From NCBI GenBank assembly GCA_013239625.1, contig MU056703.1, positions 919,185 to 983,184 of the forward strand: DNA of 64,000 nucleotides, given 5' to 3'. Made by a program: the position numbers and the translations under genes. Origin of the DNA: Lama guanicoe (lineage: Eukaryota). The notes under the pieces were generated by a model. That model was not told where the DNA came from. It saw only the letters and a program-made list of their open reading frames with translations, and did not search any database. Each line of letters opens with the position of its first letter. Position 1 is the stretch's first letter. Below are positions 24,946-36,400 of this stretch, piece after piece.

Positions 24946-26307
24946 TGGCAGTGGAGACACGGTGGTGGGATGTGGCCCTGTGGGTTCTCGGCAGCCCAGC
25001 TCCCCACAGCCTCCACCAGCTCAGGAGGAGGGAGGAAGTGCGACTGGCAGGCGGGGCTGGAGGACGCGCCAGGCAGGGCGCGCAGACTTGGAGGGCTCCG
25101 CTCTGACGGGGGCGGGTGCCCGAGGGCCTTGAGGGAACCTGGCCCACCACGCGGGAGGACCGGGCTGGGCTTCATCCCCTGTAGCTCCGCTGAAAAAAAA
25201 CACTGCCAAACGGACCTCTCAGAAGACGCTGATGCTGTGCAACCAGCAGGGTGCTGCAACAGTTAACGTCAGGCTGTTAAAACGTATCTTCCAACTTAGT
25301 AAGTGAACATCGGCCTGTGGCCTTCCTTTACATTCCAGTATCTTTCATCATTATTGAGATAAACCCGTTTCCACTGTTGGTTGGCCATTTCGGATCTTTC
25401 ATTAATTTCTCGGTGTGGTAATTGCTGACTGTTTGCCCCAGTATCTGTTGAATTGTCTTTTTTTTCTTTTGGCTTGGCAGTGGGTCTCGATACGCTGTGT
25501 TACTTTTTGCCCTCTTCCCCCCACTCTGATTTTGGATCCCCGTGGTACCTGGGCTGTCTACGCATTTGCACAGAAAGCCAGGGAGGATGTGGGTCGGGGG
25601 GAGACCCTCACAGGACATCTAGTCTCTTCTTTGTCTAAGTTAAGACATTTTATTTTAGAGACTTCACATAATTTCTTCCAAATCTGAGAGCCAAGTGATG
25701 ACAAACTGGGCCTGGAGCTCAGAGCTTTAGGCACCAAATCAACGTCCTTTTTCTCAGGTTACGTTGTTTGGCTGCACGTAAAGTCGATGATCTTCATGCA
25801 CCGTGTCCTTAGTGGCCCAGAGGACAACCCCGACGGCCCAGCTGCCCAGTGGCGGGGAAGTCCCGCTTCCTGATACTGAAATTAGGAAGATTCAACGCCG
25901 CCATCCCAAATACGGTTCAAAAAAAATAAATAAACTAACCAAAAAAATCTGCCCGGCCACCACCACTACCGCCTGTAGCAGCTGCGGTCGCTTTTGTAGG
26001 AACTCGAATTTCTTGTTTCTATTGAAATCTTACCATGTTTTCCAGCCGTTCCCTTCCCTGCCCCCCCTCCGCCGCCGTTCGCTGAAATACTGAATACATG
26101 GACTTCCGTTATTTCCCTTTAAAGTCACCCACACGGTGCAGTCGCTTGCGCTTAGGCCCTTACCTAAAAACTGGGAAAACAAAGTGACGCCATCTTCTCC
26201 TCGCAAATGTTCCTCAGACGTTTACCCAGAACCCACGATGCACCCTTCGAGCCCAGGGGCCGATCAAGGAGGAAAAGCAGCTCTCGGCCCTGTTCAGTGC
26301 ACCCCCC

Positions 26308-26347
26308 CAAAAAGCAAACAAACAAAAAAACAAAGCAAAACAAAAAA
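26308..26347 (+). repeat. A-rich (AAAC)n-like low-complexity tract
   Basis: CAAAAAGCAAACAAACAAAAAAACAAAGCAAAACAAAAAA. Confidence 0.8.
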
Positions 26348-27588
26348 CCCAGTGCTTTGAGAGCTAGAAGGCAGGACATTGGCGGGAGCTGACCCCCCCG
26401 GCCCGGGGGGTTGGGCTGCTCTGACTGCGGCTGGGTTCTGGAGAGGCACCGCGGGTGAAGCCGAGGGCTGGGAGGGAGGGTGACGAAGGCCCGTGTCGCC
26501 CTCAGTTTCTACAGGTCCTCACCCCGCTCTGCACCCAGGAGCCGCCAGTCCCCCGGCTTCTCAGGCTCCCGGTCCAGCTAGCCCCCAGCTTCCCCTCCCC
26601 CCCACAAAGGGCAGTGGCTCCCTCGGCCCCCTTGGGCCTTCCTGTCAATGACCTACAGGTGATTTCCCACAGTTGCAGCAGCCAAAGTGTTTTCAGTTTT
26701 CCCAGTCAGCGATCGTTTCTCTCCCTAAAGACCTCTGCTGAAAGTTCTTGATGTGTCATTTTTCCTCCTCTCAGACCGCAGAATTCAGACCTCCTCTTCT
26801 AATCCATCAGTAGCACTCGGTGACGCCCCCCGCGTGCTGAGCGCCCCCGGGCGGAGCATGCGGGGCGGTCATGCTGAGGCCGCCTAGCTCGGCCCTGGAA
26901 GTGATCGTGTGAGGTCGCTGTTTTGCAGGGACAATAAACACACTGCCCTTAGTTTCACAGGCGGTGAGTTGCAGAAGCAGCATTTGTTCGCCAGTGTGGC
27001 TCCTTTTAAGTCCCTTACTCTTAGCAGATACTCTCAGGAGTGTTTAAAGAACTCTGGAATTTAAGTAATTGCTTCATCTCTCTAAGTTTCTTTTGTCACA
27101 AAGATACTAATGAAACTCCTTCCTCTGAGGGATTTCTGTGGGGCCAGCGGGGATGGTTTGTGCAGGTGGGTGGGTGCACGTCCCCCAGAGAGGGCCGCCA
27201 CCACTCCCTCCTCCTCTGGGGGGGGGGAGGGTGGGCCTCTCTCCCCTCCCCTCAGTCACCTTGCCACTTGGTTTGGCCAATAGGATGCAGCAGCAGTGAC
27301 CCTGGGACATTTCAGGCGAGCTCACGGGAGATCCAGATTCACTCTTGGGGCCTTGAGCACCGTGGAAAGAAGCCACCTCATCTCCCAGAGAGGACAGGCA
27401 TGTGGGGGGACCGAGGGCCCCAGGCGGGGCCCCAGCATGGGAAGGAGGCCTCCTCAGACCTTCCAGCCCAGCCCCCCAGCTGCCGGCTGAACACGCACTC
27501 ACTGGTGGCACCCACAAGACCAGCAGAAGGCCCACCAGCCCTCCCACACGAGAGCAAGAGTGGTTAAGCTCTTGCTTCAGGACCTTCA

Positions 27589-27610
27589 GTGTGTGTGTGT
27601 GTGTGTGTGT
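27589..27610 (+). repeat. (GT)11 microsatellite
   Basis: Perfect dinucleotide run. Confidence 0.95.
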
Positions 27611-30067
27611 GACATGTCTGTAGAGGTTTCGCCTGGTGGCCTAGAGCAGATGTCCAGGAATGGCAGTGCCGGTCCCGTCCCCTTCCCTCCCGTCCTTCGG
27701 ACAGACCAGACCTCACTCAGCAGGAGGCAGGAGGTGTGTCCGCTCTTTTCCCCGATTCCCCTCCCCATGCTTAGCCCTGCGCAGGGCATCGTAAGATGTT
27801 TGAATAAAAGCAACTCAGCTCTCTATAAAAAGGACTAAGCCTCAAAAGAGGTTTAAGTTTTCGGACTGGCCTTCGATCAACTGAAGTTTGAGAAATTGTG
27901 TCCAGACAGCAGACTTGTATACCCAGCTCTAAGCATTGTGTCCAGTAACCACATTGTAAACGCAATGTGAATTTTTATATGTTGCTCATCAAGCAGACTT
28001 TTCTTTATTCCTGTGCCAATTATGTGCTGTCTTAGCTCTTGCATTATTTGGAAGCTTTTCTATTTTTCCACGTAAATGCTCACATGTTTGTGAAGGACTC
28101 ACTCCTTGAGAACAAGGGCGTCATAACACTGGGCTGAGTCCTTGGCACACAGTGGAACTCCTTCCTCGTGTGAAGAGCCAGATGATTCTTAAAAATATTT
28201 CCTGGTGATCGCAAGTTAGCACAGGTTATTTCAAAACAGACAAAGATACATAAGATCTGCTCTAGGCTCATGAAAGGAAAGTATTTTTGATAAGAAAAGG
28301 AGCAGATTCGCTAATTTTATAAACAACAGAAGGCAGATTTGTGTGTGTGGTGAGGGGTGTGTGTGCAAGTACTTGCCTCTCTGGATGTGTCTTTATGAGT
28401 GTGCGTGTGACCTTTGGCTGGAATTGGACAACTGAGCACTTGCCAACAGTGACAGGGAGCAGCAACACTGACATTTTTGGTGTCGGAACGTCCCCCTTTA
28501 TTTACCGCAGGCTAAGCCAACAGCCCTTATTGTACTCCATAAACAACAGAACCAATGAAAAGACTCCCCATAAAAATTAAACTGTGAAACCTGAATTATT
28601 TATGTGGCTTCATTTGTTGGATGCATTTTGCGCCGTTGAGCCTTGCTCCTTCCTAATGTCAGAAGACTATGAGGAGCTGTAACAATCTTCAGGGGATGGA
28701 AGATTTATCAGCCCCTGCAGGGGGGCCGGGCGCCGAGGAGGGTGATGGAGGGGCCTGCGGAAAGGAGCCCGGCTCCGCTCTGCGTGCCGGCCGGAGAACA
28801 CGCACGTTGCCGTCCACGTACTTTACACAGTAGGAGCACAGTTTGACCAGTACCATATGTTGAATTTAGAACTGCATGTTAGTCTTTTCCAAAAACAACC
28901 CCATAAAAATGTCAATACTTTTATCGGCTACTTGCTCCATCCACTGAAAAGCGAGTTCACGTGTAGACCATGGAGGAGCGCTGCAGTCACCAGCTCGCTG
29001 GGGGATGTGACACTTTAATTCTGCTGCCGAAGCCAGGCTGGCAGGTCCGCAAACCAGGAAGGCCGATGGGGAGACACGGCAGAGAGCTCTCCCTCCCCGC
29101 TGTCTTCTCCACCACAAAGGGACTGGCACGTGTTCCCTCGTGAAATGCAAATGGGCTACAGTCAGTGGCCTTGCGACACCAGCTTTTCCTCTTCACTGCG
29201 GCAGCGCCAGAGTTTTCTGGAACAGAGAGAAGCCATCATTCCAGTCCTGACACAAAATGAAAGCATCCTTGTGGGAACAATTTTGAAAATGTATGAACTT
29301 CATAAAGTGTTCCGTTTTCCACACTGAGTTTGGCTGCACAATCAGATCATCAGCGCCCAGGAAAACAGCCCAGTAAGGCTTCAACCCTTTGTTTGTATGA
29401 CCCTGATACAGACGAAGGCCCTTGCCAGGTCGCCCGTCGGTCAGTAACAAGACGCCACCTCCTGTGCCCGGCGAAGCCGAGGGCAGAGGTGGCCGGGGCT
29501 TCGGTGACAGCTCCCGAGGAAGCTGCTGCGGGTTTATTGCTACAACCACACCTTTGATGTCCACGCGATGAGACTTAGCGAGTCTCCTTATCAGGTCCAC
29601 ACTTAAGTGGCTGCCTAGTCAGGTGAGAGAAAAAAATGGGACTGTCAGTCCATTGGTAACCATTTTCTTTCCAGCTTGAACTGGCAGCTCCAATTTACTC
29701 CCAAAGAATGTAACCATCGGAGACAGACCAACACCGTGAACTGCCGTGAGCATGCCAGCTGAACGCCCTCCGGCCCTTCCTTCAGGTCTCGAGACAAGGG
29801 GTGGCTTTGAAGGAAAACCAGGTTTTATTTTAAGATTCTCCAAAAGTGCCAAGAACGTTAGATTTTTCTGACAGAGGCAGGAGGATCCGAACAGTTCTTA
29901 GTCAGGGACACAGCTTGGCAACCAAGTCTTGATTTGTCAGAGAAATGGACTTTAACCCACTGACCAGGTGTTGAAAGAAATAAGGTATGTGATAGTCAAG
30001 TGAAAAAAACATGAAAAACAGTAAGTTAGACTGAGTCCAAATCCGTGCCTGGTATCCTTGTAAGAAG

Positions 30068-30068
<1 letters not shown>

Positions 30069-30108
<40 letters not shown>
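30069..30108 (+). repeat. (AC)20 microsatellite
   Basis: Perfect dinucleotide run; likely a polymorphic marker. Confidence 0.95.
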
Positions 30109-30113
<5 letters not shown>

Positions 30114-30299
30114 AGAGGACCATCTGGCATGGAGTCAGAAACTGGAGTGATGCGTGTGCAGCCCCAGGAGTGACAGGGACCCCAGCAGCACCTGAGAGCC
30201 GGGAGAGGCAGGGAGGACCCCAGTTCTCCCACGACGCGGGGCTCCTGGGCTCCAGAGTTAGGAGAGAATACATTCTCTTGTTTTCAGCCACTTGCTTTG

Positions 30300-30892
30300 G
30301 GATCATTGTCACGGTGTCCCCAGAAGACGACTGCGTGCCTCTTCACAGTCATGGCCACCTCCCTCTGTTCCCCATTTCCCTCCTCTTGTCATTTTGATCC
30401 CGCGGCATTGGCGGGACTGGTACACCGGTAAGACTGGCTTCTTGTACTTGATATAATGATCTCGAGATCCATTCATGAGGAAGGAAGAGTGGGTGTCCAT
30501 TGCTGACTTTTTTTAGCTGAGGATAATCCGTGGAGTGGGTGGACCACGGTCTGTTCATCGCTCATCTACGTTTAGCTTTTTAAAGGAACTGCCACACCGT
30601 TCTCCAGAGCTGGCCGTACTACGTCACAGTCCCACCAGCAACGTGTAAGAGCCGCCCTCCGCGTCCCCACCAGCATTTGACGCTGGTGCTGTCTTTTATT
30701 TTAGCTGATCTAACTGGTGTGTAGTTCAACTCACCAGGGTTTTAAACGTGCGTTTCCCTCACAGCTAGTGATACGGCACATTTTCCCCTGTGCTTTGCCG
30801 TCCATATACCCTTTCAGTGAAATGCCTCTTAATGTCTTTTGCCCACTTTCTAATGAGGTTTCTAAATGTCGAGTGTAAGAGTTCTTTACGCT
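30300..30892 (-). mobile_element. L1MC/MD-type LINE-1 3' fragment
   Basis: GAGATCCATTCA...TTTAGCTTTTTAAAGGAACTGCCACACCGTTCTCCAGAG...TCCCACCAGCAACGTGTAAGAG...TTTTATTTTAGC...GTCTTTTGCCCACTTTCTAAT...GAGTTCTTTA. Confidence 0.8.
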
Positions 30893-31660
30893 TCTTCAAG
30901 AGTTTAAGAGTGTGTCAGTTTCTTTAAGAAACTAAACATACACTTTTCCAATTTCACTTCCACTGGACGCCCCCCGCCCCCTGTATTATTTTTGGAGCTT
31001 CATGGGTTTTCCTTGGCCAGAAGAGAGTTGTGGTACAGTGAAAAAAATTTAGGCAGGATTTTTATGTAAAGGGAGCGGATGACACATTTATTTTGGCCCT
31101 TTCTTGAACTCCCACTGTAAAATATGGAAAAAGATATTTTGAAAGATATAAACTCACAAATTTTCCTTCAAAGGGGGTAGGAAAGAAAAGCAGCTATGTT
31201 TTGGAAGCTAAGCAGAGATATTTCTATTTCCAGAAATAAGGCACATCAGGGTATTCAGATCATCTTCCCCTTGGAACGTAATAAAATGATGATTGAATTC
31301 TAAAGGAGCTTATTTTGAAATTGCTGGCTAGCTGACAGGATGAGTAACTGTCAGGATGGACAATAAGCCTGTAAGCAGAGGGTTTGTCCAGACACAGGGC
31401 TTCTGTCCCGTGGGCGGCAGCTGAACCGGCAAATGTGAAACTCCCTGGGCTCTGTGATGCAGAGACAGGCGCACTTGGGGGCTTCAGCGGGAAGCCTTGT
31501 CCCCGTGGAGCTGGGATCAGGAGACTGAATCTGACATAAACCCCACCAAACACAAAGAATTAACTCACATACTTGGGGAAAAGGGGTATCCTGTCTGATA
31601 CGGGGCAGATAACGGAACAAAATGAGACAAAGACAAGACCAAAAACCTACAGCAAAATCA

Positions 31661-31836
31661 TATTTATTTACTTTTTTTAAAGATCTGTTTCTTCTTTTTT
31701 TAAAATCTTTTTTTGGGGGGCGGGGGGCAGAGGTCACTGGGTTTACTTACTTATTTATGATGGAGGGCCTGGGGCTCGAGCCCAGGGCCTTGTGTGTGCT
31801 TGGCACGCGCTCTACCGCCGAGCTGTTCCCACCCCC
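31661..31836 (-). mobile_element. camelid tRNA-derived SINE (Vic-1 type)
   Basis: Minus strand reads GGGGGTGGGAACAGCTCGGCGGTAGAGCGCGTGCCAAGCACACACAAGGCCCTGGGCTCGAGCCCCAGG (A box and B box of a tRNA-like head), followed by the AAATAA-repeat / ACCTC / C-run / A-tail structure typical of camelid Vic-1. Confidence 0.8.
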
Positions 31837-31899
31837 ACCTGTACTGTTAAATGTTGAAACCTTCTGCTTTCAGGTCAGGAACAGGCCTGGCTGCTGCGG

Positions 31900-32960
31900 A
31901 CGCCTCTCCTTAGCATCACAGAGGCACCTGGGGAGAAAAGAAGGAAGGAAGCTGCCTCCTCCCTCGGGTTGTACAACTGCGCGTGGAGCGGGCTCCTCAG
32001 AATCCGGGGGTGACCGGGAGAGCAGACCGGGGGGTGACCGGGAGAGCAGACCAGGGGGTGACCGGGAGAGCCGACCGGGGGGTGAGTGGTGGGAGAAGGC
32101 GCCCCGGGGGCCTTGGTGGAGGAATTTGAGTTGAGCTCCTACTTGGAAGGAAACAGAGCGGAGGATTTGGAGGAAGAGAGAGGCATGATGGGACTGACAT
32201 GGTTTAGAAAAAAATCATCTTCTTGTTATAGGAAGGCAAGGGCAGGGGCAAGGAGACCGAGGGCAGCAGCTGCAACGGGGGCGAGATGAGGGGCTGGGAC
32301 TGGGCGCGGGGTTGCTCAGCTGTGCAAACCGCAGGGCCTGCGGGTCCCAGCTGACCAGGTGCTGAGCTCAGAGACAGAGAAATCAAGAAAGGGTTTTGGT
32401 CTGTATCTTCAATAAAAGGTGAGTAATAATAACACCATTTACAGAAATTGGGAGGACAGGAATTCAGATACAGTTGAGGGAGCAGATCCCCGGATGACTG
32501 TTTTGTTTGAGACACCCGGTAAAATCAGGCGGGCTTCTCGAGTGAGCGGTTAGACCGATGGGTCTGGGCTAGAGACAGCCATTTGGGGTTTTCCAGCATC
32601 TAGTTGGTAATTGAAGTCACGGGTTTAGATGAGTTCTTTCTGGGAGAGGATGTGGAAAAGAAGCAGGGGAGCCAAGCCAGCAGCTGGGTTTGGGCGAGCA
32701 GGAAGGTGCAGAGAGAGCGGGGAGGGGGTGACTGGTGTGCGCGAGAAAACCCAGAGAAGGCGGTTTCGGGGGCACAGTGACCACTGCTTTCCCCTGCTGC
32801 CGCCAAGACGGGCGGGAAGAGGACGGGGAGTGGACCGCTGGGGGGCAGTAGCAGGGAGCCTCCAAAGACACTGAATGCAGTTTATTTTGTTGGACGGAGA
32901 GTGGAAAAATAATGCACTTTTTTCACGGGAGGGAACTTTTTTTTTAAGATGGGAGACGTG
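31900..32960 (-). mobile_element. L2 LINE, long degraded fragment
   Basis: GGCATGATGGGACTGACATGGTTTAGAAAAAAATCA...GGTCTGGGCTAGAGACAGCCATTTGGGG...CAGCATCTAGTTGGTAATTGAAGTCACGGG...GATGAG: antisense L2. Confidence 0.75.
32004..32085 (+). repeat. 24-bp G-rich minisatellite, ~3.4 copies
   Basis: Unit CCGGGGGGTGACCGGGAGAGCAGA repeated (GGDRESRP x3 in the ORF track). Confidence 0.9.
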
Positions 32961-33284
32961 ATGGTGTGATACCCATTAGAGCGAAAATAGGAGGAAAGGG
33001 GCGGATTTGAGACAGCACATTAGGGGCATGTCAGCCTCCACAGTCACGCAAGCCAGTCCGCATAATGAATGTCCTTTTATGTGTACTTGTACTGCAGAAT
33101 GCACGTGTACCACGTGTATACAATCCCCACCTGTGGGACACGCACGGTGATGCTGTGGCCGTGGGCTGTAGGTATGTACTCGGGGCCCTGATAGGTGCAC
33201 CCGCCATCTCCCTCTCTGCTCCTCTTCCCAGGGAAGGGGAGGGATGCTCCACCAGCCGCTTCCCAGCCCCGCCCTGCGGGACCG

Positions 33285-33410
33285 GGACTCAGGCTGTGGA
33301 CTTGGCAGCTTCTCACTGGGTTTCAGTTGCTTCACCTGTGAATTCAGGTGAACAAATCCCTAAACCATGCTAGCTGGTTTTTGCAAAACTAAAATGAAGT
33401 AAGAGCGACA
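33285..33410 (+). mobile_element. MIR fragment
   Basis: GCTGTGGACTTGGCAGC...GGTTTCAGTTGCTTCACCTGTGAA...GGTTTTTGCAAAACTAAAATGAAGTAA. Confidence 0.55.
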
Positions 33411-36400
33411 AAGAGAGAACTGACAAAGACGAGGCACTGTACAAAGAGACGGCGTTGTCCACGTTACTGTTTCTGTTTTGTGTGTAGAGAATCAGAGCAA
33501 GCGAGATACTGTTTCAGAGGTTGTAGCCGTCCTTGCTTCATGCATGTGAATTGCTCACCCCGTGCGGTACTGTCCTTTGTCTTTGTTGGAAATGAAAGTC
33601 CCGCTGTAAAACCGAATGCTTTCCCAGAAGAGTTGATGCAAAAGTATTCTCCTAAACTTACTTAATAGAGGCAGATTCCAAAGAGGACTGAGAAAACAAC
33701 TTCTTAACAGTAAGAACAGGAAGGATGCAAAAGCATGGGTCCCTGTGTCCTTACCTGACGGAGGGTCGCACCTCCCTTACGTGCCAGGAGGAGCCCCCGG
33801 GCGTCCACTGAGCGAGACGACAGGTGTGCCTGAGGAGGACGGCGGGATGACCGCGGGGGGCTCTCTGCAGGTTTAGGTGGGGGGGGTAGCAAAAGAGACT
33901 TAAGTCAATGAAGCACCGAAGAACCTTAACACACTGGGATCACCCCTCAAGGCCAACTTGAAGCGGAAGACTTTCTAGTAGTTTTACGTCAAAGCAAAGC
34001 TTGTCTCAGCTTTAGCTTCGGTTTACCTTGCAGGAATGACTGCGCTTTTCCCTGACACTGGGATTTTTCGTGTGTGCTGGAGAGAGAGGAGGGAGGGACA
34101 GGTGATCCAAACGTAATAGAGATGGGGCTTAAGGAATGTTCTTTTCACAACAACTTTTAGAAGTAACATTGTCTAAGAGAGGCGTATCTCATGCCTATTT
34201 GAACACAATTCTTTCAAGTGGGAACTTCCGACAAGCAAACATGATCCTCGTCACTGTTGTTCGGATGTCATCTGCACACTGCGCGAAGAGCATCCGTTAA
34301 TCATTCGGAAGCCTCTCATCCCCTTCCGTCCCGTCGTCTGACACCTGAGATGCTAATGCGCAGAGCCATGTGCGGAGGGCGCTCTCCTGTCACAGAGGGG
34401 CCGCAGCGGCGGCTGGGGGCTCTCGGCCCTTTTACAATGAGCAGGCGGCCAAGGAGGAGCAAGGGCCTGTCCGTCACATCAGAGCTGTCCCTCCCACTGA
34501 CTGTGGCCTCTTCTCAGTTGTTCACTTTTGTGCCAAACGCCCCTTTCCAGCGCGCGCCTCTCTCTGCCCTCGCATCGCGGCCGGTCCCCGAGTCTCGCGG
34601 GCGGGCAGGCGGGCCGGGTCTGCGCACGTGGACGGCCCTGCTCGCGGGGCCGGCGCGTCTCCGTCTCCTGTCTCGGGGCCCTTAGGTCACGGGTGAAGCC
34701 TGTGAGCTGGAACAGGAATGGCCGTGACGAGAAGCTACCTGCTTTACATGCTAATTCCTAGCCAGGACGGCTCTGCGGGCTGACTCCGCGCCGTACTTCC
34801 CCGCAGGCTGCAAAGCCGTGCGTGGTCCGGGTGTCGCTTACACGGGGAAGAGTTAGCGCAGGAAGAGAGTCCTCTCCGCTTGAGTCGCGTGGTGGCCACC
34901 TGGCCAGTTCAGGTGCGGCTCGGTCATCCTGCTCCCTCGCTCTGCAGGCAGATCTAGACGCGTTTTCTCAAGCCAGAATCCGGAGCTTTGCGTGGCCAGG
35001 GGGACATCTGATGGGTTCGTAAGTCAGTCTGCCTATTACTCACCAGAGCCTCTGGCCTTATTCGCCGTGGCCCAGGAAGGCTTTGGCCACTGAAGTCCTC
35101 ACGGATGGAGGTCCCCCATAGACCGGCCACATGCCGCAGAGCGGAATGCACGGTCTCTCCTGCTGTGTGAAGGAGAGACCCTCCCCCCTTCCCTCACCAC
35201 CGGCCTGAGGAGCCAGATCGCTCCTGAAAGCCAGCTTCCCAGCTCCAGGCTAATGAAGACTTTCTTGCCCACCCTGTGCCCCCTAAACAGAGAGAGGAAG
35301 GTAACGAGGAAGACTCAGAAGCAGCCACCGGGTGAGCAGGCACACAGGAGAACGGGCTTCCCAGCCAGCAGGGTGTCCCTGCTCTGTCATCACAGAAGGT
35401 GGCTGTTTAGAAAGAAATGTGGACTTTGCTCTCACCTAATGAAGCTCTGCCATTTTTAGACGCTGTCACACTGTGATCGCCACGGTTGCATTTGAAGGTA
35501 ACGGGCAGCCGGTGTTCTGCACGTCATTTTTAGCATGAGGTCTTAAGTTGGGCAGCAGGGCCCTCCTGCCTCCCGAGGGTCTTGTCAAAATGAGCTGTGT
35601 CCCTGCAGAGGCGAGCTCAGGAAGCAACGTTTTCATTTCTTAATCAGCCTACACGCGTTGCCGTATGAGAAACAGTTCTGAGAACAAATCCTCTGTCAGG
35701 ACCGTGGCTCCCTCCTTGACAGCAAAATCCCAGTGACAAAGTGTTGGGAGGAAATGGTCTTCGACTGGACGACGACGAGAGTTTTCAGCTCTCTAATGAG
35801 GAAGCAAGGAGGCCGCTCCTCAGCTCAGAAGTTTCTGCCCCGTCAGACCGGCCTCTCCTTTGAATGAACCAATATCACAGTGTGTTGCCACTTAATGAAG
35901 TTGTGAATATTCACCCTCATTTTGAACCCAGGCTGAGCATTAACTGCTTCAAACAGAAAACGCTGGGATTCTGAGAACCCATTTGAAACTAGGCCCCTTT
36001 TGAACTAGTCAAAGTTGATTTTATAACTGGCAAGCAGGCAGACCTGTGACAAAACAGAGCTCAGTCCCTCCGTGCTGTTTCACCGTGCTACACGGTGTCT
36101 CACTGCCGAGAGCACCCCCAGAGTCTCACGCAGAGGTCCCTGAGTTCCAGGCAAACACGCGCGGCTCTGTGATGAGTGCCACGTTCCGCCTCCTGCAGTC
36201 ACAGTGCGGGCCGCTTCATCGAGCTGTGGTGGTGTGGCGGTCCGGCCCAGCCGCCCCCTCCGACTCTGGTTCTTCCATTCTGGGTGAGCCTGGGAGCCCA
36301 TTCCTTTGTGGTGGAGACGACAAAGCCAGGTCCACCTCAGGACGCTGACCCGAGACCTGCCCCTGTGAGGTCATTGTGTTCGCAGACGGCGGCTCACCCG

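Noticed and set aside
31765-31836. tRNA-like sequence on the minus strand
   Set aside because: It is the head of a SINE with mutated A/B boxes and a SINE tail, not a tRNA gene.
32004-32085. Short direct repeats (also 6276-6350 and 49244-49291) as a CRISPR-like array
   Set aside because: Head-to-tail units with no unique spacers, eukaryotic context and no cas genes.
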